Below are positions 30,781-45,520 of a stretch of 64,000 nucleotides of DNA, one piece after another. Position 1 is the first letter of the stretch, and each line of letters opens with the position of its first letter. The DNA lies in assembly GCA_964016885.1 (NCBI GenBank), contig OZ024758.1:8556001-8620000 (forward strand), given 5' to 3'. The notes under the pieces were generated by a model. That model was given only the letters and a program-made list of their open reading frames with translations. It searched no databases and was not told the DNA's origin. The position numbers and the translations under genes were made by a program. The stretch comes from Eledone cirrhosa. Lineage: Eukaryota.

Positions 30781-30984
30781 TACTAGAGGTGAAGGCGGCG
30801 GTGACAGTGCTGAACGCCATTGCCTATAAATGGAGGTGTTATCGTAGACATCTAGAAGTGAAAAGGAAAGCTGCAAGATGCTAACCAGAACACAACGAGT
30901 TAAGCTGACATCTTTGAAACTATATGTGTTGTGTGTGTGTATGTGCCTTTGTGTGTGTGTTTGTGTATATGTATGTATATTTAT

Positions 30985-31553
30985 ATATATATACATACGT
31001 TATATATATATATATACATATATATATACATATATATACATACGTATATATATATATATATACATATATATACATATATATATACATATATATACATACG
31101 TATATATATATATATATACATATATATACATATACGTATATATATATATATATATACGCATATATATATACATATATATATATATACATATATACATATA
31201 CATATATACATATACATATATACATATATATATATACATATATATATATACATATATATATATACATATATATATATACATATATATATATACATATATA
31301 TATATACATATATATATATACATATATATATATACATATATATATATACATATATATATATACATATATATATACATATATATATATACATATATATATA
31401 TATACATATATATATACATATATATATATACATATATATATATACATATATATATATACATATATATATACATATATATATATACATATATATATATACA
31501 TATATACATATATATATATACATATATACATATATATATATACATATATATAT

Positions 31554-31598
<45 letters not shown>

Positions 31599-31676
31599 CA
31601 TATATACATACATATATACATACATACATATATATATACATACATACATATATACATATATACATACATACATATA

Positions 31677-31743
<67 letters not shown>
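30985..31743. repeat. (AT)n/ATAC microsatellite
   Basis: Directly visible. Confidence 0.9.
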
Positions 31744-31744
<1 letters not shown>

Positions 31745-31949
31745 AATTGTGCCCAGAGGTATGTTACTGAGACATCCAGCCAGCAGCAGGCTGCATGGCA
31801 GGTCTAAAGAACTTTTGATGACAAATTAGCTGAAGTGGCGCGAAAAGAAATTTAGAATATAAAAAAAGATTGATTAGTAGAGGTGATAGAATTGAGAGAG
31901 AAATTTTGTTAAAATTTGAATACCCCCCCTCCCCTCTCTTGCACATACT

Positions 31950-31997
<48 letters not shown>

Positions 31998-32049
31998 TGT
32001 GCATGTATGTATGTGTGCGCGCGTGTGTGTGTTTATGTGTGTGTCTGTG

Positions 32050-32089
<40 letters not shown>

Positions 32090-32230
32090 CGTATACAGAA
32101 ACAGAAAAATAGATAGATATATAGATTGATAGATGCAAATTATATATATATATATATAGTGTGTGTGTGTGTGTGTGTGTGTGTGAGTGTATGTGTATGT
32201 GTGTGTGTGAGTGTGTGTGTGTTTGTGTGT

Positions 32231-32283
<53 letters not shown>

Positions 32284-32974
32284 TGTATGTGTGTGTGAGT
32301 TTGTGTGTGTGTGTGTGTGTATAATTGTATATATTTCTGTGATATTTGCCGCTTTTTAATTCAAATCTAAATGAAATATAGTTGATTATAACTTGAAAAA
32401 AAAAAAAAAAAAGTGAAGAGCTAGACAAGGGCGATAATATTGTCAAGTTGCAGTTAATATATATAGCTAAGTGTGAGCATAGATAGGTAGTGCTGGTAGT
32501 AATGGTGATGGTAGAGATGTTGGTGCTGCTGTAGCAGAAATGATATTAAGTTGGACACTTCTCTTAATTAGATCCTTCTCTTTATGTTCTGAATTTTATT
32601 CATGCCAGAGTCGTCTTCACCTTCCCCCATCAGCACTTACACCACTATAAATTCATAAATAAGTACCAGTTATATAATGGTTTGATAGGATCGACAATAG
32701 CTCATTCCCTCAAAAGTTATTATTACATTGTTACAAAGTAAAAACCAAAATATCAATAAGAAAACATCGATCACCCAAGGAAATCAGCAATGTTCGATGT
32801 TGACAAACTGAATCCAAGAATTAGTATATACAACACAAAGTACAGTGTGGAAACTCCAACCACTTGGAGACTTGTCCTTTGAATAGAAAACATATAAGTC
32901 GCTAAGAAGCACTTCCGACTATCCACGGAGATACTTCTGATAAACCGACTATTACTACGAGCTCCAATAAATTG

Positions 32975-33138
32975 CTGTATTTCCCGGCGCCGAAGATGCT
33001 TCGTCCTCGAAGACGCACTCTAATTTTGACAACCAAAAATTTGAAAAAAAAAGAAATAATAAACAAACTGCGGACGCGTGATAGATTTTGAGACTTATTT
33101 TAGAGAAGAGTTATCGTCTTCGACCCCGGGAAATACGG
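32975..33138. mobile_element. Tc1/mariner (pogo/Tc2-like) MITE
   Basis: TIRs of about 24 bp: CTGTATTTCCCGGCGCCGAAGATG and (reverse complement) CCGTATTTCCCGGGGTCGAAGACG. TA on the right, TG on the left. Confidence 0.75.
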
Positions 33139-33314
33139 TATATTGACGAATTTACATATATAATGCACACATCACGGATAGTTTAATACAATACTGGTGC
33201 ATTGACAAAATATATCAATCAATGTTTATCTAATACTCTATAGACAGATGTAAACATATCGTCTGCACTCTGAGTTAACAAATGCCGAATGTGAAGACAT
33301 TTGAAAATAATCTT

Positions 33315-33530
33315 AATGGTTTCTAATTTAGGCACAAGGCCAACAATTTGGGGGGAACGGAAAAGTCGATTACATCGACTCCAGTTCATTACTCGTACTT
33401 TGTTTTATCGACCCCGTAATGATGAAAGGCAAAGTTAAACTCGGCAGGGGTGAATTCAGAACGCAAAGACTCGTAACACTATGTCACAAAGCATGTTGTC
33501 TGACGCGCTACCGATTCTGCCAATTCACTA
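33315..33530 (-). mobile_element. SINE family A, long form
   Basis: Includes the gtcgat..atcgac hairpin segment that the short form lacks. Confidence 0.85.
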
Positions 33531-33559
33531 AATAATAATTATTATTCGCCTGATATCTT

Positions 33560-34470
33560 GAATGTAGCCCAGGAGTTATCATCTTGAAAACTCGATTGGC
33601 AACTGGAAAACAACGTCTGCATTCTATAGAAGTGTCAATAAACGAGCAGCAATGGCATGAGAGCGGTTCTGGGCGACGATGTGGACAGTCTAGCAGACCT
33701 TTCCGAAGGACTTTCAGGTCAGAGAGTACGAACAATTTCTCAATACACTTAGCTTGAAACTGTACACAGGGGCCATTACTAGTTCGAGATAAGCTCTAAA
33801 AGACACGAGCCTGTCCGAGGTGCGGGTAGAGCGAGGAAACCGTCCTGCACGTACTTGTTCCGTGTTCGAACATTACAGACTTTTGGAACTATGTTGAACA
33901 GATGCTGTTGCGTGTACGACGGATCTGGCTATTAGTTATTCCATCGTTAAGGTAGCACCGCCATCTTTATTCAGGAATGGCAGGCAATGTTCATCTACTT
34001 GGTGGTCATGGCAAAAGAGGTTGTGTGGTGAACACGTTTGAAAGGATTCAAGACAAGCAGTTTCCTCTTTGGTGAGTCCCAGATTAACTTTTTCAAGTTT
34101 CACTTGAAGAGGAAAATCAGATTTGAGAGGAGAGTGTTGCCTTCCAGCAATTGTATTGAAAGGTGGCTGAGAGGGGCGAGCATGATCCGAGAAAACGTGG
34201 CTGCTCTGAGTATGCACCTGTAGATTGGAGGGGAACAGCTTGAAGGGGCACTTGTGTCGTGGGGTGGGGACTTTCTCCACGGGTAACCCTCGGGAGTTTC
34301 CCCACTATTAGGGAATTTTCTTTTGTTTAATTTTGACATGTTTCTTGTTGCTGTTATTCCACTTTTTACAGGAAATATCTTATATTATATCGTGCTGCGT
34401 CGTTATGTGCCGTCTTTAATGTTTTCTTCATGTCAACCCTGCATGGCTCATAAACAAATTATTATTATTG
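33560..34470 (+). pseudogene. L1/Tx1-type LINE: ORF2 C-terminus with CCHC zinc knuckle, plus 3' UTR
   Basis: LLVRDKL*KTRACPRCG*SEETVLHVLVPCSNITDFWNYVEQML (CCHC at 33812-33865), then INFFKFHLKRKIRFER...; T-rich UTR and ATT tail. Confidence 0.85.
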
Positions 34471-34604
34471 CTGTTCTTGTCATTGTTTTTGCTGTTATTA
34501 TTATTATTTTTTGTTTCTGTTCTTGTTTTTGCGTTTGATTTCCATTTTCTTTCATCTTCCGGTCAACCAGAGACCTCCATTATATGGAGAGAAACTTCCT
34601 GTGA

Positions 34605-34790
34605 AGGTGAACGGTTGACGTCAGTACGAGGTTAGCTTTGCTTTTCATCCTTACCGGGTCGATAAAATAAAGTACCAGTCACGCACTGGGGTCGATTTAA
34701 TCGACTTTCCCCTCTCCCAAAATTGCTGGCCTTGTGCCTATATAAGAAACCATTATTCCAAATAAGAGATAATGATAATAATTATTATTA
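34605..34790 (+). mobile_element. SINE family A, long form, 5'-truncated
   Basis: Body and tail match the other copies. Confidence 0.85.
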
Positions 34791-35024
34791 TTATATTTGA
34801 CTGTTTTAGGGTCCAAATATCACCAAAATTATGTATGACTTTGCCATACGTTGTTTGGTTACACCTTACAAGAAATTCCAGTAGTCAACTGATTTTTATT
34901 GATCAATATATTCCTCTCCATTCACATATAACAATAGCATTGTATCAGTCAGAATAAGATTGGTATTGTTATTGAAATAGAAATGGAAGCGTTGAGTAAC
35001 ATTGACCACGTCTTTTTCAGTTCA

Positions 35025-35521
35025 GTGGCTTTATACGCCCCATTGGCAGTATCGGTAGAGGGTCGGACGCCGTGCTTTGCAGCATAGAGTTACGGCCCTT
35101 TGTGGCTTTATACGCCCCATTGACAGTATCGATAGAGGGTCGGGCGCCGTGCTTTGCAGCATAGAGTTACGGCCCTTTATGATCTGAGTTCAAATCCCGC
35201 CGAGGTTAACTTTGCCTTTCATCCTTATGCGGTCAATAAAATAAAGTACCAGTCACGCACTGAGGTCGATTTAATCCAAAATTGCTGGCCTTGTGCCTAT
35301 ATAAGAAACCATTATTAGACTATTTCACCGCGGTGAATTGGGAATATCGGTAGAGGGTCTGACGCCATGCTTTGCAGCATAGAGTTACGGCCCTTTATGA
35401 TCTGAGTTCAAATCCCGTCGAGGTTAACTTTGCCTTTCATCCTTACGGGGTCGATAAAATAAAGTACCAGTAATGTACTGGGTAATTGCTGGCCTTGTGC
35501 CAAAAGTAGAAACAATTATTA
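35025..35521 (+). mobile_element. Two head-to-tail SINE A copies, the first with a ~77-bp tandem duplication of head plus flank
   Basis: 35025-35101 is repeated at 35102-35178; the second SINE spans 35328-35521. Confidence 0.85.
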
Positions 35522-35940
35522 GACTATTTTAAGTAGTCAATGTTATGACGATTCTTCTATTTTTATTTCAGTTCTAAAACTTCGCTCTCCCCCGTTCCAA
35601 ACATATTTCCTTTGGTAATGTAATTGCTTAACCCCTGGTCATCCCTCAGTCTCATGATCACAGTTATTCTATCCATGGCAGGCTTTCTCCTATGTGCAAG
35701 AACCCAGGACCATATTATCGTCATGTCCTTTTCTAAGGTGATAGTGTGTGATATGACGGAGATTTGGCTGCTATTTCTACTAAGTCGTTTTTGTAATTTC
35801 AATTTTATTTCTTACAAAAGAAATCTAATTGAAAATAATCCAATGGTTTTTATTTTTTTTATTGAAAAATATAAAAAAAGATTTAATTGGAGATGCATTA
35901 AGATAGATAGTTAGAAGAACATACAAACAGTATATAGAAT

Positions 35941-36005
<65 letters not shown>

Positions 36006-36115
36006 ACATTTTATCTTGTTTGCTTTTTTCATTTATGAATTTATAATTTATATACATGTATGTATATTTATATATAATCTATCAACCCATATATATATAT
36101 ATATATATATATGTT

Positions 36116-36197
<82 letters not shown>

Positions 36198-36838
36198 AGT
36201 ATTGTTCATATATTCAGTTTCATATTTCCATTGTCTTTCAGATTTATTTAGCTTTTAGGAAAAATACAACAAAGGTTTCTGTAGAAACCTCAACCGCGAC
36301 GCGAGGTGTTTAATTTGTCTAAGTGGAAGGAATAAAAGGAGAGGTGAGAAAATGTTAAAAATATATCAAAAAGTAATGCAAGAAAAACAAGAAAACAATA
36401 GTAAAATGGATCCATCTGAAAACATCTGTCTTTATCGGTGTGTGTGATAACAAATATAGCAATATCTAAACAGCTTATCTTATATATAGAACGATACACC
36501 ACATATAGTATATATACAGATTTTCCAGATCAATTATAGTAATAATTATTATTGTGGAAACCATTATTATTAATATTACTGCCATTGTTGTTGTTGTTGT
36601 TGTTGTTGTTCTTGTCGGTGCTACTGATGTTGTTGTTGTTGTTGTTATTACTATTTATAGCTTTTGAAAACAACATTCTATTAATATAAATGATTTCTTT
36701 CATTGCTGCAAGGGCTACCTACGGGTTGGAGGATATTACAAGCACAAATTAATATCCCATTGGGAGGGATTGAAAATAACTAACTATTGGAGAAATGTGC
36801 TGAAGTTCACGTTTAGTTAAATGATTCTAAAAGATGTA

Positions 36839-36971
36839 CTTTGGAACCTCGGTTCACGAACTTGATGGCTGTTCGTCAACCGAAATGTTCGTAAGCCAAA
36901 ACTGTGTTGCTTTTTTTTTTTTTTTTTTTACCATACGAAACGTTGAGAGAAATACAGTGAGAGCGAGAGAG

Positions 36972-37043
<72 letters not shown>

Positions 37044-37056
37044 AGAGAGAGAAAGA

Positions 37057-37098
<42 letters not shown>

Positions 37099-37322
37099 AG
37101 AGGGAGAGAGACTGTGTGTGCAAGACAGATAGATATCTCCGTAGTAACTGACTAACTACACACCAAGTGACGCTTTCCCACCGATACTCCCAGCTTGTCG
37201 CCAACCGTTGTTGCCGGCTTGCGAATTCGTTACTCGAGACACCCCGTTCGTAAACTGAAACGTTTTATGTTCAGATTAATTGTTCGTGAACCAGTTTGTT
37301 CGTGATGAGAGGCGTTCCACTG
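36839..37322. mobile_element. Tigger/pogo-like MITE with an internal (GA)n expansion
   Basis: TA|CtttGGAACCTCGGTTCACGAAC on the left; GTTCGTGATGAGAGGCGTTCCACTG|TA on the right; internal GTTCG repeats. Confidence 0.7.
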
Positions 37323-37424
37323 TATATGGTAAAAAAAAAGGTCAACTTTTCGCTCTCATTAAAGATATTTATTTAATTCGACTAAACAAAAGAATCTGAG
37401 ATATTAACACATTAAACAGATTCT

Positions 37425-38955
37425 CACTATATATAGTACTGCTATAAATAGTATAGTACTGTATAGTACTGCTATAAATAGTATAGTACTGTATAGTACT
37501 GCTATATAATCCCACTATATAGTACTGCTATATATTCCTACTATATAGTACTGCTATATATTCCTACTATATAGTACTGCTATATATTCCTACTATATAG
37601 TACTGCTATATATTCCCACTATATAGTACTGCTATATATTCCCACTATATAGTACTGCTATATAATCCCACTATATAGTACTGCTATATAATCCCACTAT
37701 ATATTCCCACTATATAGTACTGCTATATATTCCCACTATATAGTACTGCTATATATTCCTACTATATAGTACTGCTATATATTCCCACTATATAGTACTG
37801 CTATATAATCCCACTATATAGTACTGCTATATAATCCCACTATATATTCCCACTATATAGTACTGCTATATATTCCCACTATATAGTACTGCTATATATT
37901 CCCACTATATAGTACTGCTATATATTCCTACTATATAGTACTGCTATATATTCCCACTATATAGTACTGCTATATAATCCCACTATATATTCCCACTATA
38001 TAGTACTGCTATATATTCCCACTATATAGTACTGCTATATATTCCTACTATATAGTACTGCTATATATTCCCACTATATAGTACTGCTATATATTCCCAC
38101 TATATAGTACTGCTATATATTCCCACTATATAGTACTGCTATATATTCCCACTATATAGTACTGCTATATATTCCCACTATATAGTACTGCTATATATTC
38201 CCACTATATAGTACTGCTATATATTCCCACTATATAGTACTGCTATATAATCCCACTATATATTCCCACTATATAGTACTGCTATATATTCCCACTATAT
38301 AGTACTGCTATATATTCCTACTATATAGTACTGCTATATATTCCCACTATATAGTACTGCTATATATTCCCACTATATAGTACTGCTATATATTCCCACT
38401 ATATAGTACTGCTATATATTCCCACTATATAGTACTGCTATATATTCCCACTATATAGTACTGCTATATATTCCCACTATATAGTACTGCTATATATTCC
38501 CACTATATAGTACTGCTATATATTCCCACTATATAGTACTGCTATATATTCCCACTATATAGTACTGCTATATAATCCCACTATATATTCCCACTATATA
38601 GTACTGCTATATATTCCCACTATATAGTACTGCTATATATTCCTACTATATAGTACTGCTATATATTCCCACTATATAGTACTGCTATATATTCCCACTA
38701 TATAGTACTGCTATATATTCCCACTATATAGTACTGCTATATATTCCCACTATATAGTACTGCTATATATTCCCACTATATAGTACTGCTATATATTCCC
38801 ACTATATAGTACTGCTATATATTCCCACTATATAGTACTGCTATATATTCCCACTATATAGTACTGCTATATATTCCCACTATATAGTACTGCTATATAT
38901 TCCCACTATATAGTACTGCTATATATTCCCACTATATAGTACTGCTATATATTCT
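37425..38955 (+). repeat. Minisatellite, 26-bp unit ATATAGTACTGCTATATATTCCCACT, about 58 copies
   Basis: Period 26 (38401 to 38427). Confidence 0.95.
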
Positions 38956-38999
38956 ACCAACAAAAACGTCTTACCATCTATCGAGAATACGACGAGAAC

Positions 39000-39440
39000 G
39001 ATGACAACGACGACGGCGGCGATGACAATGGTGACGACAACGACGATGATGACGATGACAACGATGACGATGGTAATAATCACGAAAATTATGATAACGA
39101 TGATGATGACGATGACAACGACGATGTCAACGACGACGACGACAATGACGACTATGTCAACGACGACGACGGCGACGACAACGATGTCAACGACGACGGC
39201 GACGACGACGGCGACGGCGACGACGACGGCGACGACGACGGCGACGGCGACGACGACGACAATGTCAACGACGACGGCGACAATGACGACGATGACAACG
39301 ATGTCAACGTCGATGACGACGAGGACGACGATGTCAACGACGACGGCGACAATGACGATGATGTCAACGACGAAGCGACGACGACGACAATGACGACGAT
39401 GACGACGATGTCAACGACGACGGCGGCGGCGACGGCGATG
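39000..39440. repeat. (GAC/GAT)n-derived tract
   Basis: Directly visible. Confidence 0.9.
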
Positions 39441-40111
39441 ACAGAGATAAGGTGGCTGTGTCGATAAATCCAGTTTAGTCGAGACACTTCATTCCATCAA
39501 GAAGTTACGACGTTTGATATGAATTATCAAAGAAAGGATACGACACGAGGTGTTATATCTTGGTAGATATCATCCGTGGTTAGAACTGTGGATATAGGGG
39601 GAGGTGGGGTGGGGGGAGTGGAGACAATATGGCCGCCTTGTTTATATAGCAGAGAGGTTTAGAGTGGGTGAGAGGAGGGCGGTGGTGGTGATGTGTGAGG
39701 AAGATATAGGGGGGGGGGGGGGGGTTAGTAGGGGAGAAAGTGTGTAGGTGTGTATCGCCGTGTGTGTGTGTGTGTGTGTGTGTGTGGTCGTGTGTATGTG
39801 TGTGTGTTTGTGTGTGTGCGTGGCTATGTGTGTGTGGCCGTGTGTGTATCTTTGTGGGCATGTATGTGGTCGTGTTGTGTGTGTGTGGTCGTATGTGTGT
39901 GTGTGTGTGTGGCCGTGTGTGTGGTCCTGTATGTATATGAGCGTGTTGCCGTGTATGTGTGTGTGTTTGTGTGTGTGTGCGTAGCCGTGTGGTTGTGTGT
40001 TTGTGTGTGTGTGGCCGTGTGTATCTGGTCGTGCGTGTGTGCGTGGCCGTGTGTGGCTTGTGTGTATGTGTGTGGCCGTGTGTGTATGTGTGTATATATA
40101 TATATATATAC

Positions 40112-42040
40112 GACTGACTGACCAATGTCATAGCTATATGACTGACTGACCAATGTCATAGCTATATGACTGACCAATGTTATAGCTATGTGACTGACTG
40201 ACCAATGTCATAGCTATATGACTGACCAATGTTTTAGCTATATAACTGACCAATGTCATAGCTATATGACTGACCAATGTCATAGCTATATGACTGACCA
40301 ATGTCATAGCTATATGACTGACCAATGTCATAGCTATATGACTGACTGACCAATGTCATAGCTATATGACTGACCAATGTCATAGCTATATGACTGACCA
40401 ATGTTATAGCTACGTGACTGACTGACCAATGTCATAGCTATATGACTGACCAATGTTTTAGCTATATAACTGACCAATGTCATAGCTATATGACTGACCA
40501 ATGTCATAGCTATATAACTGACCAATGTCATAGCTATATGACTGACCAATGTTTTAGCTATATGACTGACTGACCAATGTCATAGCTATATGACTGACCA
40601 ATGTTATAGCTATGTGACTGACTGACCAATGTCATAGCTATATGACTGGCCAATGTTTTAGCTATATAACTGACCAATGTCATAGCTATATGACTGACCA
40701 ATGTCATAGCTATATAACTGACCAATGTCATAGCTATATGACTGACCAATGTTTTAGCTATATGACTGACTGACCAATGTCATAGCTATATGACTGACCA
40801 ATGTTATAGCTATGTGACTGACTGACCAATGTCATAGCTATATGACTGACCAATGTTTTAGCTATATAACTGACCAATGTCATAGCTATATGACTGACCA
40901 ATGTCATAGCTATATGACTGACCAATGTTTTAGCTATATAACTGACCAATGTCATAGCTATATGACTGACCAATGTCATAGCTATATGACTGACCAATGT
41001 TATAGCTATATGACTGACCAATGTCATAGCTATATGACTGACCAATGTTATAGCTATATGACTGACCAATGTCATAGCTATATGACTGACCAATGTCTTA
41101 GCTATATGACTGACCAATGTTATAGCTATATGACTGACCAATGTTATAGCTATATGACTGACTGACCAATGTCATAGCTATATGACTGACTGATCAATGT
41201 TATAGCTATATAACTGACCAATGTTATAGCTATATAACTGACCAATGTCATAGCTATATGACTGACCAATGTTATAGCTATAAGACTGACAATGTCATAG
41301 CTATATGACTGACCAATGTCATAGCTATATGACTGACCAATGTTATAGCTATATGACTGACCAATGTTATAGCTATATGACTGACCAATGTTTTAGCTAT
41401 ATGACTGACCAATGTTATAGCTATATAACTGACCAATGTCATAGCTATATAACTGACCAATGTCATAGCTATATGACTGACCAATGTTATAGCTATATAA
41501 CTGACCAATGTCATAGCTATATGACTGACCAATGTCATAGCTATATGACTGACCAATGTCATAGCTATATGACTGACCAATGTCATAGCTATATGACTGA
41601 CCAATGTCATAGCTATATAACTGGCCAATGTCATAGCTATATGACTGACTGACCAATGTCATAGCTATATGACTGACCAATGTCATAGCTATATGACTGA
41701 CCAATGTCATAGCTATATGACTGACCAATGTTATAGCTATATGACTGACCAATGTCATAGCTATATGACTGACCAATGTCATAGCTATATGACTGACCAA
41801 TGTTTTAGCTATATGACTGACCAATGTCATAGCTATATGACTGACCAATGTCATAGCTATATGACTGACCAATGTCATAGCTATATGACTGACCAATGTC
41901 ATAGCTATATGACTGACCAATGTCATAGCTATATGACTGACCAATGTTTTAGCTATATGACTGACCAATGTCATAGCTATATGACTGACCAATGTCATAG
42001 CTATATGACTGACCAATGTCATAGCTATATAACTGACCAG
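40112..42040 (+). repeat. Minisatellite, 24-bp unit TGACTGACCAATGTCATAGCTATA, about 78 copies
   Basis: The 8-aa periodic ORFs (MTDQCHSY) reflect period 24; some units carry an extra GACT. Confidence 0.95.
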
Positions 42041-42420
42041 TTTCGTATGAGGATCTATCAGGAAGTCTGATATCAATTACCTCAAAATTACATAGGGTTT
42101 GTATCCTTTTTCTTCTATTGGGTGACATCATTGATAGTGTGTGTGGGGGGGTGAGTGCGTGTGGGGGTTAGGGTGTGCGTGGGGGGAGGTGCATGTGGAT
42201 GCGTGTGTATGTGTGTATGTGTGTATGTGTGTCGGGGCGTGATGGGGGCCTGTGTGTGTGTTTATATGTGTGTGCGTGTGTGTGCATGTGTGTGTGTGTG
42301 TGTGCATGGGTGTATGTGTATGTGTGTGTGAGTGTGTGTGTGTATGTGTGTGTGTGTGTATATGTGTGTATGTGTGTGTGTGTGTGAGTGTGTGTGTGTA
42401 TGTGAGTGTGTGTGTGTGTA

Positions 42421-42492
<72 letters not shown>

Positions 42493-42507
42493 AGTGTGTG
42501 TGTGTGT

Positions 42508-42550
<43 letters not shown>

Positions 42551-43157
42551 ATAGCGTGTTTGATCTGAAACTTTGAAGTCATGATAAGAAAGGAAAAGTA
42601 GTAAAGCGGAGAGATAAAATGAAAGTGATTGGGGGGAGGGGTGGTAGGAGTGGGGCTAAGAGGGGGAGGGAGAGGGAATAGGGAGAGAGAGTGGGATGGG
42701 AGAGAGAGGGGGATGGGAGAGAGAGAGGGATAGGAGAGAGGGATAGGAGAGAGGGAGATGGGAGAGAGAGGGAGGAGGGATAGAGTGAGTGAGAGAGAGG
42801 GAGATTGAAGAGAGAGAGGTGAAAGAGAGAGGAGGGAGAGAGAGAGGTGAAAGAGAGAGGAGGGAGAGAGAGGGAGATGGGAGAGAGAGAGGTGGGAGAG
42901 AGAGAGGTGGGAGAGAGAGAGGGAAGAGAGAGGAGGGAGAGAGAGGGGGTGGTGAGGAGAAGTAAAGGTATTGAGAGAATCTGTTAAGACTGGACATTGG
43001 AGAAGACATAGAGAGAAGATAAATATAGGAAGAGTGTAGTGGTGGGGGTGGGAGGGGGGGGGAGAAAGAAGGTAAGAAAGAAAGAAAGAAAGGAATAAAG
43101 AACGAAAAAAAGGAACGAAAGAGAGAGAGAGTAAGGAACAAAGAAAGAAAGGAAACA

Positions 43158-43209
<52 letters not shown>

Positions 43210-43534
43210 AAAAGAAAGAGGGAAAGAATGAATAAAAGAAAGAACGAAAGAACGAAGGAAAGAAACAAAGTAGAAAGAAATGGGGTGGGGTAAGTGGAAG
43301 TGGGGTGGTGAGGAAGAAGAAGAGTAATCCACCGACACGAATCCCTTTTATTTAACATTACTCTTCCCTTTTGATAGTTGTTTCCGGGGGGGGGGGTTAC
43401 CTTTACAGTGCCTTCGGCGGCACAAGATGTGTCACTTTGTCACATCTGTGTAGAGATAATACACAGCTCCTTATCGCCATTGCAATGGATGGATGAAGGT
43501 GGTGTAGGGCAGTGGTGGTAGTGGTAGAGATAGC

Positions 43535-44030
43535 TGCGGAACTGTGACGGCGGCAGCGGAACTGTGACGGCGGCAGCGGAACTGTGACGGCGGCAGTGGC
43601 ACTGTGACGGCGGCAGTGGCGCTGTGACGGTGGGAGAGGCACTGTGACGGTGGCAGAGGCACTGTGACGGTGGCAGAGGCACTGTGACGGTGGCAGAGGC
43701 ACTGTGGCGGTGGAAGAGGCACTGTGGCGGTGGTAGAGGCACTGTGACGGTGGCAGAGGCACTGTGACGGTGGCAGAGGCACTGTGACGGTGGGAGAGGC
43801 ACTGTGACGGTGGAAGAGGCACTGTGATGGTGGCCATGGCACTGTGACTGTGGAAATGGTAGCGGCACTGTGGTGGCCTCAGCGGCACTGTGGCGGCCTC
43901 AGCGGCACTGTGGAGGCCTCAGAGGCACTGTGATGGTGGTGGTGGCACTGTGGCGGCACTGTGGAGGCCTCAGCGGCACCGTGACAGTGGTGGCGGCACT
44001 GTGGCGTCCTCAGCGGCACTGTGACGGCGG
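43535..44030 (+). repeat. GC-rich minisatellite, 20-bp unit ACTGTGACGGTGGCAGAGGC
   Basis: Period 20; sequence drifts along the array. Confidence 0.95.
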
Positions 44031-44624
44031 GCAAGGTCGAGTGGCCTCTGGAGAAAGGGACGAGAGCGGTGGGAGGTCAAACACTGAAAATATTAATGTA
44101 GAGATAAATACATTTTGGAAGTCCTAGATGTTGGTATTGTGTTTTCTAGTTGTTGTAATATATTGCAGGAGGGGGGGGGGATATTCTTGGTTGGTTTGCT
44201 TTTGTTTTTGTATGTGTATGTGTGTGTGTGGGTGGGGGAGGTGTATGTATATGTGTGTGTGGAGGGGGGATGTATGTGTACGTGTGTGTACGTGTGTGTA
44301 TGTGCGTGTATGTGTGTGTGTGTGTTTTGTTTCCATATTTATTTGCTATTGCTATGGTTTACGAGAAGTTTTCAGACCACTGTTGCAATTAATCAAACAA
44401 CTTCTCACTACCAATACCACTACTACGACTACTACTACTACTACTACTACTACTATTACTACACTACTACTGCTGCTACTACTACTACTACTACTGATGT
44501 CTGTGATGATGCTACTACTTGAAATACTGCCACTAATACTATTATTATTACAGTACCAGTAATGTACTGGGTTATTTGCTGGCATTGTGCCAAATGTAGA
44601 AAATTATTACTACTACTACTACTG

Positions 44625-44681
<57 letters not shown>

Positions 44682-44682
44682 A

Positions 44683-45235
44683 TCCTTATTAGCCACACAG
44701 GGCTCACATTTAACAACACAGGACGGTGTGAGGTTAACACATAATAATTCATCTCTATTGACATCTACAACCGAAATCCAAAGGACAATACAAATGGACA
44801 AGGGCAGTGGTGACATATATTACAAAGTGTGTACACAAACAGGTAACAAAGTAACAATAGATTTAAAATAACAGGAATTCGCTTATATTAAGGAGCACCT
44901 CCCATAAGTAATTTAGGAACCCCACTGATCAGAAACCACCCTACTCACCAAGAGCACCATAGAAAGGTTGCCCTCTCCACTTTGAACTCTGCAGCCTACA
45001 GGTGTGTAGTCGGAGTAGGACCATTCATTCGGGACATCTATATTCACCCATTTTTTAATAAATGTACTGGAGAGTATCACTTTATTTTCCTCCGTCACCT
45101 TCCTTTCCAGGTGGCATTTGAAAAAGTTTATGAGGGCTTGGCGCAAGAGGGTAATGTCTGTCTTTAATCGTTTCACTCGCATCCACCACACAAACACTTC
45201 CGCTACAGCTACCAGACAGAAAAGATATGCCCGCC
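44683..45235 (-). pseudogene. L1/Tx1-type LINE 3' fragment
   Basis: VWWMRVKRLKTD...ALINFFKCHLERKV.EE.KV...FIKKWVN is homologous to 34020-34223; the 3' UTR ends agccctgtgtggctaataagg. Confidence 0.8.
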
Positions 45236-45520
45236 ATTGGGAAATTTTTCATTGTTGTATTTTTCTTGTTATTTTGTTATTGGTATATATATTTTTACAC
45301 GTAATATAAGTAAACCCACACTGTTCCTGTCTACTGTATTGTCCCCTGTATGTCGGCCATTGACGCCATGCTTCGCAGCATAGAGTTACGGCCCTTTATG
45401 ATCTGAGTTCAAATCCCACCGAGGTAAACTTTGCCTTGCATCGTTACGGGGTCGATAAAATAAAGTACCAGTAATGTACTGGGTAATTGCTGGCCTTGTG
45501 CCTAAAGTAGAAACAATATT
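45236..45520 (+). mobile_element. L1/Tx1 3' UTR fragment fused to a 5'-truncated SINE A
   Basis: 45236-45360 matches 177-300; 45360-45520 matches SINE A. Confidence 0.75.

Noticed and set aside
35563-35802. Minus ORF with WSWVLAH, reminiscent of retroelement RNase H (WVPxH)
   Set aside because: Only one partial motif; the GNExAD motif is not recognisable without assuming changes.
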